A DNA stretch of 64,000 nt from Microbotryum violaceum. Taxonomy: Eukaryota. The DNA is taken from the NCBI GenBank assembly GCA_001244265.2, contig LN717261.1, positions 186,001-250,000 on the forward strand. The letters run 5' to 3'. Below the pieces are notes generated by a model. That model was not told where the DNA came from. It ran no database searches and saw only the letters and a program-made list of their open reading frames with translations. Positions 30,433 to 43,700 of the stretch are shown here, piece by piece. A program made the translations under genes and the position numbers. Position 1 is the stretch's first letter. Each line of letters begins with the position of its first letter.

Positions 30433-31495
30433 TTATGCGGAGAAAGGCCCCACCTCCTTTGCGAGTTGAGCCTCGTCGCTCATAACCATCTGCGCCTGAA
30501 TGACCCGCACTCGCTGAACGTCACGGGCCAGCGGTGGAGGCCGCGCCGAGTCGTCGACGCCAGATGTCTCCACAGACCGTGTTCCCGATCGATTATGTGC
30601 AGGTAGCTGGTGATGTTTCGCCTTCTTGACACTCCTTCCTGTCGCGTTCAATCGCTGATGTAAACCACGAAATTCTGACAGTGTAGCAGGCATGGACTCG
30701 GAATCGCCCTCTGACTGCCCGCGAATGTCGAGCCAAACATCTAAGAAATGGTCGTTCGGGGACCAAGAACATTCGCGCAGCTGAAGAAGCTCCATCCGGC
30801 GATCCAGTATAATCAGCGCGCGGTCTCGGATCTCTTCAACATCTTCAGTGCAAAATATGGACTCGGCATCAGCTGGGTCGATCGATTCAGGAAGGATACT
30901 ATCTGTTGGGATGGTTTGAAAGATGTCAGGGCGACATAAGAGGTTATATGGAGCACGCTGTATCGAAAACTTACCCGACACGTTAGTCCAGAGTGTTTGG
31001 CAACTAGTGATACAGGTCTTTACATCTTCGATCAAAGCCAGAGCTTGCCGCACCTCGGCGCCGATCAGCGCTTTCTCCTCACCGACTCGATCCTTGGCGC
31101 GCACAGCTGCTACTCCTCGGAATGAGCGACCGTAGCCCGCTCACAGCCCTCTCCATCAGTCAACCCGAAGTTCGGAATGAGGCGGAGGTTGAACTCGACT
31201 TGGCAGGACCAGATATGGGCGTGGGCGTATGCACGTAAGACGTTCGTGGCGAACTCCAGTCGCTTGAAAAGCTTTGGCAGGAACTGCCTCCGGTGACAAA
31301 TGATTAAAAAGTAGGCACATTTAATCGGTGCCAACGAAACTGAGGAGGAAGGGACGCGTCGTGATCGATGCGAACCTTTTCAATGTGGTGCTTGAAGTTA
31401 CAAGCAATGTTGTATAAGACTCCGATCTTGGCGTTTTCAGGAAGGCGCTCCGAAATGTGCTTGAGGATGGCAAGCGCATAATACAATCTGAGTGG
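30433..31495 (-). pseudogene. Kyakuja-Dileera-Zisupton (KDZ) transposase remnant
   Basis: 'YYALAILKH...GVLYNIAC' (YDIAC motif with D>N), 'AYAHAHIWSCQVEFNLRLIPNFGLTDGEGCER' and C-terminal 'RAKDRVGEE'; internally deleted. Confidence 0.8.
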
Positions 31496-32306
31496 TCGGA
31501 GGGGAATATGCGCATTAGTAGGCGGAGCGGCGCCTTACAATTTGGTGGCCCTGCTCGACTGCTCCACCCGGGAGTGCACCCATATCACTGCCGAGGGGAC
31601 TCACCTGCGCTTGCCTACGTCCGATATTCCCGTGTACACCTGCCACAACATCGACTCCGAGAAGCAGGTCAGTTAGGGCAGATAGGCTCTCCCCCTTTCA
31701 AGCTAATAATGCGTTCACCATCCTGACGAAGTCTTATATTCTAGTCGTTCACAGCTCGACTTCCCTTGCACCGGCTCCCCGTGAGTTCAGGCGGTCACCT
31801 TCTCTGCATATAGTTTCACACGTCGATGCCGTGACGTCCGAGGTCCTGGTGTTATCTTCCACATGTCAGTATTTTTCATCTTATCACTGCCATGAGTGCA
31901 AGGCTTCTGTAATTGAATCTGAAAATGTTTCACTGGAGAAAAGTCCGCTTTGTGATCCGCAGACTTCTTCAGCTTACGCCGATAGATTGCCTGGCACAGG
32001 AACTTAAGTGGATCTGCTTACTCCATGCTGTACAGGGATGCTGTGAGTGATAGCCGCGCTCAAACGCGTCGCCCCTGTGAGCCCTGGATACAGATGGAGC
32101 TACTTCGGCGCTGCCACACGGCCCCGGTCGCACGTTCTCACATACTTGCCGCAAGTCAAGCAAAGTCGTTGAAGAGAGGGATGGATTTCATTGCGAGTTC
32201 CGATTTCACCTGGACGGTACTGAGCCAGGGTTCTTGTGTAGATCACAAAACACATCGTCCTATCCAAAAGGGCACAAATGAACTTGTTACGGTACGTACT
32301 ATCTCA

Positions 32307-32952
32307 TCACGACGCCGAAGGGTTCTCGATGGCGGATCGTAGCCGGATGTCCCTTGAGCTCGCGCCGACAAATACGGTGAAGTCACCCCTGGGTACCTTC
32401 CAAGACTGTAAGGCGACGTCCCAGATCGAGAAAGCTCTACGGTTCAATTTGATTGTGACTGTCGAGCCCGTCCTGTTCTTGAGAAAAGTTCGAGCAAATT
32501 CGCGGACCACTTTTAGGGGCTCTTGAGCGCTCGGAGGGAATGCGAGGTAGACCTGTGAAATCTCGGCGCCATCGACTGGACCGCGGTTGGTGACTTGGTA
32601 TGTGATGCAGTAGAAGTCGTCGTAGAGGTTCGACTTGGTGGTAGTTCCCCCCTGGGACAGCGCCGTCACGCTCAGTGCCGAATAGCGGAACGTGGTGTAT
32701 GACAACCCAAAGCCGAACTCGAAGCGAGGCGCGATGGACTTGGCGTCGAACCAGCGATAGGCGATGAAGAGACCCTCACTGTAGGTGATTTGCGGGTGCC
32801 ATGCTCGATTTGTCTGAAGGTAAGCAGTCGACGTCATCAGCGACATGCATGGGCAACTAAAGACCGCTCGCTAGCACATTGAACTTACAAAGCACGTCAG
32901 CCGCATAGTCACTCCTCTTCTTGCCAATGGTGTACGGAAGCCTTCCCGACGG
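32307..32952 (-). pseudogene. 5'-truncated GH3 beta-glucosidase (C-terminal and Fn3-like part only)
   Basis: 'PSGRLPYTIGK', 'YSEGLFIAYRWFD...FEFGFGLSYTTF', 'VTNRGPVDGAEISQVYL' and 'VFVGASSRDIRL'. No room for upstream exons before the dUTPase gene. Confidence 0.82.
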
Positions 32953-33243
32953 CTATGGATTGTTTGGCGAGACTTGATTCCTTACGAAATTCGTCTTTTC
33001 GATTTTCGGCCCAGTTCATTGGGTTCAATTTTTATTTCTTTATTCTTGTTTCGTCAATTCGTGTTGTGGAATCACCAGTATATTTGAAAGGCGTCCTCTT
33101 TTGCACTGAAGCCTTGCCCGGAGCCCTTGTCTCGATCGCGCCCCGTCGCGTTCTGGCGCGTTCTGGCGCGTTCCGCCGACAAAGCGTGCCCGTGGAGTCG
33201 TCGGCTTTTCTACGCCCTTGCAACCTTTCTCTCCACCCAGATA

Positions 33244-34171
33244 ATGAAACGCGCCGCATCACCGAATCCCACCAACCCGAACGAAAGCAAGCAACCCTTT
33301 CTCGACACCGCTTCATCCTCTGCCACTGCCATGTCCAGCTCCGCCGCAGCCACTTCGACCAAACGCGTGCTCGCGTCGACGTCGTTCCTCGTGCAGAGGA
33401 ACTCGTCCAAGGCCAAGTTGCCCACTAGGGGGTCGACAGCAGCGGCGGGATATGATTTGTACTCGTGAGACTGAGGACTTACTGACTATGCGGTCGTACG
33501 GTAGGAACGCGTGCTCATTGATGTTCATCGTACCCCGGGCGTGCAGAGCCGAGGCCAAAACCGTCCCGGCCCGTGGCAAAGCGTTGATCAACACAGAACT
33601 CAGCATCGCCGTCCCGGAGGGAACGTACGGAAGGATTGCACCTCGATCAGGACTGGGTACGTCTCTGCCTGCTCCTTTCTGGAGTATGCACACGAGCTGA
33701 CGGAGCGAATCGCTTGGATGTGGGGGGGCCGGAAACCAGCGAGCCAGTTTATGATCGACACGGGAGCCGGCGTGATCGATGGAGACTATCGAGGGACGGT
33801 CCATGTCCTGCTGTTCAACTTGAGCGACAAGGACTACGAAGGTCGGTTTGTTTTTCCACGCGCGGAAAACCTTTCGGATCCAGATTCTGGCCGCTGGTTT
33901 TGACTGAGTCAAGCACCCGTTACTTCGAAATTTACAGTCGTCGAGGGCGATCGCGTCGCACAACTGATCTTGGAGCAAATCGTCACGCCCGAAGTGACCG
34001 AAGTCGGGGTAAGCTCTCAGGTTTATTCAATCGCGGACAAGGCATTTCCGTTCGGTCAACATCTTGAATTCATGATCTCCGCAGTCCCTCTCCGAGACCG
34101 TTCGAGGAGCAGGTGGTTTCGGCTCCACCGGCGGTTTCACCGATGTCGCAGCCGAGAAGAACGGCGCATGA
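33244..34171 (+). CDS. DUT1: dUTP pyrophosphatase, 5 exons
   Basis: All five dUTPase motifs after splicing: 'AAGYDL', 'GRIAPRSGL', '[10 protein letters not shown]', 'GDRVAQLI' and '[10 protein letters not shown]'. A second in-frame ATG lies at 33331. Confidence 0.96.
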
Positions 34172-34428
34172 AAACCCTGTGCTCTCGAATTATCTCGAGA
34201 GCATGCATAGTCTTGGGCGTTGTTGCAGTATGAATTCATTGCGAAGATCCCGAAGCCATGCCCCACCATGAAAGAATGAACAAAATACCCCAAGAGGCAC
34301 CTACTAGGTCGGGTCAGAAGGCGGACGAAATGAGGGTATATTTGACCCTAAAGGTTTCTACACGATGCGAAGAAATTGCTAAAAAATGAATGCAAACAGA
34401 AGGTAGACCGTGGTACAAACGTGGATGC

Positions 34429-37400
34429 TCATGAAGCGGCGAGGGAAGGGTCGATGATTTTGATCCAATCAATCATCTCGCGCATCGATGAAGTCGAAAG
34501 GAAGTAACTGCAGCCACGTATCAGGTGTGTCAGTCTTTACGCCGAGCGCAATTGACCCCTGCGCCTGTAACCAACCTGTTTTGATGGGTAAAGATTGCGA
34601 ATGCGAATTGACGCTGTAAAGAAAAGAAAAGTAGAGGGACGAGCAGACAAAGTTAGGCCCTGGCTTCAGAAGCCCACATCAATGTCAGATGCACACCTCG
34701 AGCATTTGGCCTATTTCGGGTGATTGCTCGACGCGCACCGATGAGACGTTGATGACCATCGTCTCGTCGAGCTCGTTGCTATGTTCGTACAGGTACAAAT
34801 AAGGCCGGCGAAGCACGAGCCAGTATTTTTTCCATTTGTTGCTTGTTGGGTCACGGAGGAGAGCGACCCAGCCGCGCTTGGAAAACATGTCACTGTGCTC
34901 ACATCCCTTCTCTCGTCAGTTTTTGAGTAGAGGTGACGCATCGGGATCTGACTCACGATCGGGGCACAAGAGTCGTGGTCCCACGTAGTCGCGGAGATCG
35001 AGAAGGGGTGACGCTCAGATTCGGTGACGGCATTGGCGGAGGGGTTAAGTCAATGACCGCCGACGATGTGCTCGCCGGTTCTCGTTCGAACGAGATCTAG
35101 CACAAGCAACGCAAGTCAGTTTTAACATCGTGACGAATGCGGCGCGCCCGTGTCGCTCACTTCGTCCACTGCGCCGAAGCGCTTTTGCCACAACTCCACC
35201 GCCTGGGTCAGACGATTCTCGCTCGTCCGACCCTCGACAGGGCTCGGCAACGTCAACTCGAACGCGGCCAGCACAACTTTGGCCGCCTTAACGTCCGCGG
35301 CTTTGATCGTTGCCTTCAAGCCCCGTTCAAAGTCCCTTACGAGCGACAGACCCCTTGGCCGCCAATTAGCCAGTAGCTCTTCGCCGCGAACGTACATTTC
35401 CGCTGTGTTCAGCTGCCAGATCTCGGTCGGATTTTTGGTCCGGCAAGGCGTCAGGCGAACAGAAAAAACATTGGTCACGCTAGAGGAAAGGCGAGAGGCG
35501 CCCAAGAAATTCATGAGCTTCGAAGGGCCTCTCGCGTCCCGATTTTGAACGGTGACACCGATATCCATCGAGAACGGAACGGGCTCGGAGCAATTGGACG
35601 CCGAAACCTGGAAGTGTAAGCGCACCAAGACACGGGACCCGGACGGTGTGGACCGGTTCATATGAGGCGAATCGTGGACTGAACTATCCCACGCGGCGGC
35701 GAAGTTCAATGTCGCGACGCCGTCGGAAGAAAATCCAGCTCGTGGGTTCCCCATACCTCGCAGGTCGACGTCCGCAGCAGAAGTCGCGGCATGGACACGT
35801 CCGCGGGCGTCGAGCATGCGCACGTCACCGAGGGACACTTTGGCGACTCGCTTCCACTGCCACGCCCGGCCTGAGTTGTGTGAAAGCTGGATCACAATTC
35901 GACGCTGCAGGCCTTGGCGAAGGAAGAAGGCACCACTGTCGAGAGGGTTCGACGAGACGACGACGACGGGCTCGTAATTACCCGACTCGCCCAACTCGCG
36001 GATTTCGATCTTAGCCAGCACGTCATGGGTCTGTTCGACGATGAGGGCATCTTCGTGGCGCCGCGTCACGTCGCTGTTCCGGGGGTCGCCGCGAAGAGAA
36101 GGGGCGTTGGCGATCTTAGAGCTTGTGGAGGAGTCGCGTGCTTCGTCCCACCTTTCGATCTTGTCGAGGTGCGCCGGCGTAATTTTGGCAAAGAAAGAGA
36201 CCGGCGCGTAGCCTTGGCTGAGCTCGTGCAGCCGTTCGGCATCAAGAACAACGGAGAAGGTGCGTCGAAGGCGGATCTCGCTCGCCTCAGACGAGACCAG
36301 GTTGACCGCATCGCCAGCGACAATCTCATCATCCTCACCGGGCGACTTGACGAGAAACGACGATGCCGACAACTGCAGATGAACGGCGACAAAATCGCTT
36401 TTGCTCATGCCAATGACCCGATCGACGACGACTTCGAAAGTGAGTTTTGAACCCTCGACGAATGCCGCGATGGAAGGGTGGGCACCCCTGCCCAGAGGAA
36501 CTCCGGGCTTTTCGGGCGTCTCAATCGAGAGGGGCTTGATGCGAACGCGACATGTCCCCATCGGATCGGCGGTGTAAGGCGAATGAATTTGCACGACATT
36601 CGTCGCCGGTAGATTGCGTGACAAGGGTGCGAGCGAAACGGTCGCCGATCCGACGTAAGAGAATCTATTCGAGCGCTCGGCCTCGGACTCGTAGAACGGA
36701 TCTTCCCAGGCAAAGTGCTGGCTATACTCGGGGTTATCGACCCATTTGAACAGGTTACGCATCAGCTGCATCCGTTGCTGCAGTCTGGCCAAAGTCCAGA
36801 TCGAGATCATGCGGTGACGTCGATCGAGGACCTTGACACCGATGCAAGGCTTTTGACAGGTCGCCAGCGTAGGGTCCGATGAGGCCTCGAATTCGGCGAG
36901 ACCCTCTATCGCACCCTCGACCGAAGACGGAATTTCGTGGCCAATGACGACGAACTGAAACGTCGTCCCCTTTTTGAGCTCACGCGAGATCGCATTCGCT
37001 TCCTTGACCAAGACAGCCTGCGAGAACGTGTCTTCCGCCATTCGCACGCGTTGACATCTTCGCCACCGCTGGACCGCGTTCCTGGCCAGCCGCACTTCTC
37101 GTGGGGTCAAAGGGGTGGTATCGAATTCGTCATCGTCGCTGGGGACCCCATTGGACGGGTTCGTGGACTTGAGTCGCTTGACCTTCTTATCGTACTTGTT
37201 CCTCTGGGCGATCATCTTGGCTTCGAGCGACTTAAGCTTAGCCTCCATCTGAGCTTTCTCGGCCGTCGCTTCCTCGACCTTGACGGTGGCATTGGCCATC
37301 GTCTGCAGCTTGGTCTCGTACTCGTCTTTGACAGCCTGGACGCGATCGTCGAAGTCAGGTGACTGACTGAGCGTCAACGTCGAATCGCTGTAGCTCGCCG

Positions 37401-40400
37401 GACCTGTAGTCCAGGTCCCACCTGAATGTCGGCCTGATCTCCCCCCTACCTCATTTTCGTCGTCATCGTCATCTTCATGGACCGAGTCGAGGAAGCTCAT
37501 CCTACTCTCGGGTCGGTCCCCACTCGTGGCGCTCGATGCGGTCCTCGAGTGTCGGACTTTGAGGATGTCAGCATAGAGTCGATTGAGTTCGTCATCCTTG
37601 AGTTTGTCCAAATTGACGTGCTGACCATTGAGTCGAGCAACAACGGCTTCTCGCCGTGCGTAAGACCAGTCCGCCTCGGCCGTCGACATGGGTGATTCAG
37701 GTCGGGTCCCTGCCGGCGAGCCCTTCGACCCCGCATCGTCAAATTCGTTACTGAGCGGGGATCGCAGTTGGTGTACGGCATCCCGAGCTTTCCGGACCTC
37801 TTCGGGATGATTGAAGCGAAAGACGTGGAAGTCGCCGAGAATGATGCGGAACCCAGATCGGAGTTCCCTCGGTTGATCGACCGAAATCCGCCGACCGTTG
37901 ACCATCGTCAGACTCCCCGGGAGGGTGTGCAATACAACTTTGCCATCGGGGGAGCTTTCGAAGAAGCAGTGCTCGGCCAAAATGTTAGAACCACTCAATC
38001 GGATGTCGGCCGCGACTTCGGATCCAAGGTTTCCGACCGTCGTCTTTCCCAGCTTGATCTGATAGATCAAGCATTCGCTCATCAACGGGTCCTCGTTGAG
38101 GTTGACGAGATGCGGCATCTTTTTGGGGGTATGGACCCCGACTTGATTCTTTTCGATCGTGATACCGAGCGCCTCCAAAGCCTGTTCGCGCTCCTTCTGC
38201 ACCTCTTGTGTCCGTACGAGCTTCTCCTCCCACGTCTCGGTTACCGATGCCATCAACTTTTCGCTCTGCTCCAGCTGATCCTGCAGTTCTGCTTTTGTGA
38301 TCGTCTTGATCTCACCAGCTTGTGTCCGATACGACACAATCTGTTCCTCGGCGGGAATGTCGGGATCGTAGGTCGCTTCGTTCGATGCGCCCGTCATCCG
38401 GGTTCGAAGCGTCGCTAGCTCCTCCTTGAGTTCACGGATGAGCCTGGCGTTCGGGTCCTCGTTGACCACGGCCTTGTTCTTGATCTTCTTAGCCTGATCG
38501 GCATACCGAAGGGTCGACAAGGTCTCGTCGTAGTCGGCGGGGGATATGGCCGCCACCACTGGTTGATCAACACTATGTCAGCCCTGCGCAGCTGGTCGTT
38601 GAAAGCCCACCTCGATGACTCACTGGCCGTCTTCGAGTTGCCGCCTAATGAGTCCTTCAACAGCCACGTCAAGACCGAATCACGATACGGCACTTTCTCA
38701 CCCGCATGCTTCCCCACCCCGCTCGCGGCAGCCAGCGCCGCAATGACCCGCCCTAGAGTCGTTAAACTTTTGTTGATCAACGCGCCTTCCTTCAACCGCG
38801 TCCCCGTCGCGCCCGTAGAATTGGCTCGCTCTGATCCCGCGAGATCGACGAGTGAGATGCGCGATACTTTCTCCCCTGCCATTCCCGTCTCGACGTCGAC
38901 GCGCCTTTGGGTCAACAGAAGGGTGAAAACAGCGTGGGATCGCGAAGATGTCTCGTTCATATTTGTTGCTGCAACCGTGCGGGCCTTTGTGTCATTGCGT
39001 CCGGGGACCGATTTTGTCAGTGTGCCTGCATGTCCTCATTCAGTATCGCCTCACTCACTTTGGTTCCCTCATCCATCAATGCCTCGATATCCGGGAACGA
39101 TTGAACAGCCAGCTTCGACAGCCCTTCGACATAAGGACCCAAGCTCGGATGTTCCCGTACCTTGAGGTTTCCCTTATTGCTTGGGTTGAGCAAATCGCGG
39201 ACTTTTTCCTGGTAAATCTCGGTATAAGAGACCTACTCGGGCAGAGAAAGAACGCGTGTTAGCGTAAGGAACGACACGACGACCGTGCTTGTTACGCACT
39301 TCGACGGTGAAGGAGAGTTTGTCCGTTGAGAGGGACGTGATGCGTTCGAAAAGCGCCTCGCAAATGAGCGGGATAATTCCGCGATCGGAACCGTAACCCA
39401 TCATCGAATAAGATTTTCCTAGGCACGTGCCACCAAAGGATCAGTGTCAAGTCTCAACTGAATGCGACACCTCAATTCCGACTTGAGCTCACCACTGCCA
39501 GTTTGACCGTCTGCAAGTGTGCGTGAAGCTCAGTTCTCTGATCCAGGTTCTGCTCCTCGGTCGTCAAATGTGCGACTCACAGGCAAAGATACATGTGTTG
39601 AATCCCTGAAACGAGTGATCGAGCAGATCCTTTCCCAAGTCCTCGTACAGGGTCTGTTGTGACGCATATCCAGGTTCGTCTTTGGGCCCCGCCGACCTGT
39701 AGTGATAGAACCCGGCGGCCAGAGGAAGCAGGTTGAGCTTTCCTTCCGGGCATGCGGAAGATTCGTGCAGCACGAAACGAAGATGAGTCTCTCACCAATA
39801 CGACTTGTCGAAGGCAAAGGATTTGGTCTCCTTGTCTGCGTTGCGACTTGTACCGGTCGCCTAGCACACATGACGAATTTCGGCCATTAGCCTCGGACGC
39901 AGGCCACGTGAGCGCGATCCCCACCTCGGATGAACAGACGACCTACTTCGGGTGGATCCAAGTAGGTGTTGTTGCCTTCCATTCGCACCAGAGGTTTCGC
40001 ACCCCTCGCGAGCTCTGTCCAAAGATTCAAGGTGACCTGCTGATGAGCCGCTGATCGGTGCCAAGCTCAAAGAGGAGTCTTCGTGCTGCCTTCTGCCATC
40101 CCAGAGAGGCTCTCCTTAGAAGCTCGGAAGGGGGTGGGGAACTGACCTCTGGAGTTGAGCGGTCGACATCGGACCTAGAAGATAGAATGAGGTGGTTAGT
40201 AAAGAATTATTGAAGAGGGTCTGGTGCTTCGTCGTGTGATGCAACGTGCGACCCGCTCGATCAAGGCTGGGATAATGTTGGCTCAACCCATGCCCGACCT
40301 GGAATCGCGTCGCACGAGCGAGCTAGTGCATCGGCACAGGGTATTCGGAGTTTGAGTAAAGTGACAATAGGTCTACGTACGACTACTTTGATGTTGCCCC

Positions 40401-40434
40401 CTCCTCCCCCGCCATTTGCCGTGGGATGGGACAT
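34429..40434 (-). CDS. KIN3: Kinesin-3 (Unc104/KIF1A-like) motor with FHA, DUF3694 and PH domains, multi-exon
   Basis: 'NIKVVVR', 'SSRSHAVF', '[10 protein letters not shown]', '[17 protein letters not shown]', '[16 protein letters not shown]' and PH '[16 protein letters not shown]'; stop at 34429-34431. Confidence 0.95.
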
Positions 40435-40780
40435 GCTGTGCTGTGCGACCACCCCACCTGCTCCGGTGCGACCTCGACGACGACGACGACGATGAGGAGG
40501 CCGGTGCGCACTCAACCGACGCCTGCCTCGCCTACCCAAGTCACACAGCCCCGATGGAGTCAAGACGAGGGATGAAGGTGAAGCTTGTGAACAATCCGAG
40601 CCAGAGTGCGGTGGCGGTGGTGTCCAAGAAGGTGCGCAACGTGAAGTAGGTCGTACGCACCCGTTCGTATCCACCAGCGTCAGCCAGCTAGTAGCCATCT
40701 AGTAGCCAGCTTCATGAGGACTCCAGGAAGCCCAGCCAGAGGCGCATGCGGAAAAACACCCTTTTTTGGCCTTTACTACT

Positions 40781-43700
40781 TCTATATATAAAAAAAGGTC
40801 GATCCGCGACCCATGTACCTAAAATCGCTGTTTTTAACAGTGTTGCGGCCCTCGGGGCCGCCTATAGTGAGTGTACCAGTACAGTATTACGTCTGCCGCA
40901 CCTGCCTGTGCTATTGGCGTCGCGACCAGAAGTCATGTACGACCCTTTCCGCATTTTCTGCATCATGAAAGTCGTGCTACAGCCCGAGGACAATTTTTGT
41001 TGATTTTTGGCGGGGTGCCCAACTATTGAGCAGTTTGTGTATGATTTAATGTGTAGCAAGCGCGTGGGATTACATGACACTTCTTCTACAGAGCTCAGGC
41101 GTGGTCTCGCTGTCGTTGACGCGCGGACGCGGCCGCCGCTACGCTGCATGCGGGATGCCCCGTCGATCGCGTGACGTATTTCTGGCATCCCGATACCGGT
41201 TTTAGGGGCTCAACAACAATATGAGGTTCCAGGCGCTGTGAATACTCCTGTGAATACTCCGGCGCTACTCTCTCCAATTTTCGCCTTTTCCCTCCCACTC
41301 TCATCGAATTTGCGTGACAACCGCGCCGAGTCTTTGGCGCGAGGGTAGCGCCGTACGATAGCGTACCGCGCCTTACCATGGGAGACAAATGGACCCGCTG
41401 GGCGCCCGGCTCATCTCCTCTCCTCTTCGTCCCGCTTCGATCAACAGAATCAGCTCCCCACAGGTAATGACAACAATCAACCGACCTTGGTATTGCGACC
41501 CGTATAAGTGTCCGCTGTACAGCTTTGTAGAACGGACAGCGTGGTCAGCGCGAGGTCCCGATGGCCGATCCGACGCTGAGCTCGCCCCACCACCACCTCT
41601 TCCTGCGCAGAGCAAGTGCACAGGCCTCGAACCCCGCTCAAACCACTCAAGCCCCACGTTCCCATCCGCGACTACGTCGGCCCCAGATGGCCGTGTGTAT
41701 CCACTTCAAGACTCGACACTGGGAGTGCGAAAGGTCGAAGTCGACCGGACATTTCAGCACGTGCTGCTCGCAGGGTAAGGTGCAGCTACCTCCCCCTCCC
41801 AGCCCGATCCCAAGTATCGAAATCTACTTGAAGGATAGCGGTCAGTTGCTCCGTCCAACAACATCCGTCTACAGTAGACCCGCATGCTGAACTGTGCAAC
41901 CCACCTACACAGGAGCTCAAGCATTCCGCGAAAACGCCCGGTCGCACAACAACGCGCCGTCTTTCACTTCGACCAGACACGAATCGACACTCTAGGACTC
42001 CCCGTGTTTCGCGTGTTCGGTCGCCTCTATAATCGACTTGGCGCCCTGATCCCTGCCGTGAATCAGCGCCCAGCCTTTGCCCAGACATGGCTCATCGACC
42101 CGGCCGAGGCCACCGACATTCTACTTGGACCCGACAGCCCAGACAGTCACATGCAACGATCTACTTTGACCAAGCTCGAGTCCATGTTGCGCACCGGCAA
42201 TCGCTTTGTGAGGGAGTTCGCATCGGCCAAAGCCCGCGCGGGTTGGGATACGGCCAAAGAGTGGATCCTGCGCCTCTGCCTACCACCAGGCCGAGACCGG
42301 CGCACCCACAACCTTCCTACGTCGAGCACGGAAATGACGATGCTTATCTGCGATTCCGACACCAACACGGGAGATCGTGGACCGCAAGAACGTATTGTCC
42401 AGGTGCACGGTGATCGATGTCCCGATGGTCGGCCCAAGTACCAAACCGTTAGCTCGCTCCATCCGTCTGCGATGCCTCTCCGGTACCCACTACTCTTCCC
42501 CGCGGGGAAGATGGCTTCCACCCCAACATTCCTCTTTGCGGTTCGATCGAGTTGGGCCACTCTTCGCCAAAAGACAGCAACAAAGAAGGTGAGGACGAGG
42601 AGGAAGGGGACAAAAAGAACGGTGATGGTGAACATAAGCATCTTTGGCTCCTCCTCGGGTGTTCCCATTCTGTTAAGGCGCGAGCACAGACTGATATTGA
42701 ATGTTTGAACACCTACGACGAAGGTCAAGTAAAGGGGGTCAAGGTGGTGAGTCTCGCGTTCACAAATCCTTTGCGTTCTACTTGCACAAACGCGACAAGC
42801 CCGCATGGCACTCGACGTCCCTTCCCGGCGTTCGTGATCGAAAGATACTCCCAGGCTGAGGCCGATCGACTCAACTACATCCAGTTGCATTAAGAAAACC
42901 TACGCCTCACCACGACCCAAGGCATCAACGGCTTAACCCCGGACCAAATTGGATGCTTGATGACTTTGGGCTCGATGTTCAAGAATAGACCGCGCGACAT
43001 CACGCAGCGATACCAGGATGCGATGGCGTGCGTTGTCAAACATGGAAAGCCTCCGCTGCTCATCACGATGACGTGCGTTCCTGAATCACCGCAAACCAAG
43101 GCTGCACTGGGGCCGAACGACAAAGCATGCAACCGTCCGGATCTCATTGCACGAGTGTTTGAAGCCAAGTCTGGCAGCAAGCGACATCCAGGCTGTTTCG
43201 GCGATGAATGTAGGATGAATGGATTTGTTTTTTTTTTGCTGTACTTCGTATTGGGTTTTTTAACCTGAAATTGCGTAGACTGTACAATTATCCTGCTATT
43301 TAAATTTCATCCTCCCTTTAGTTTAACGGGTTCCCACTAGCTTTATTATACAGTTTTAAGGATTGCGGCTCACCATCCGTGGCAGATCCTCAACGGCTCG
43401 GTTCGGTGGAGTGACCGTCGCGATGGCAGGTGTGTGCCAATCTTTCAAAAGCAAAGCGCAGGGCAGCATGACTAAATAACTGACCGGTTGGACTGTAACT
43501 TCACAGGGGACAACTTTTCCCAAGATGCCTTCCCGTTATTCCCAAGTCATCACCTGCACATATCGTCGACGCTTGCATCATGGAATGCTGACTTCTGGGG
43601 GGAAGTTGAGGTGCTGCTTGGCTTTGTACGGTTGAGAATCCGGGTCATTGGAACACTAAATGTGAGTTTTCACTGCCATTGCTACAGATGGACAACACCA

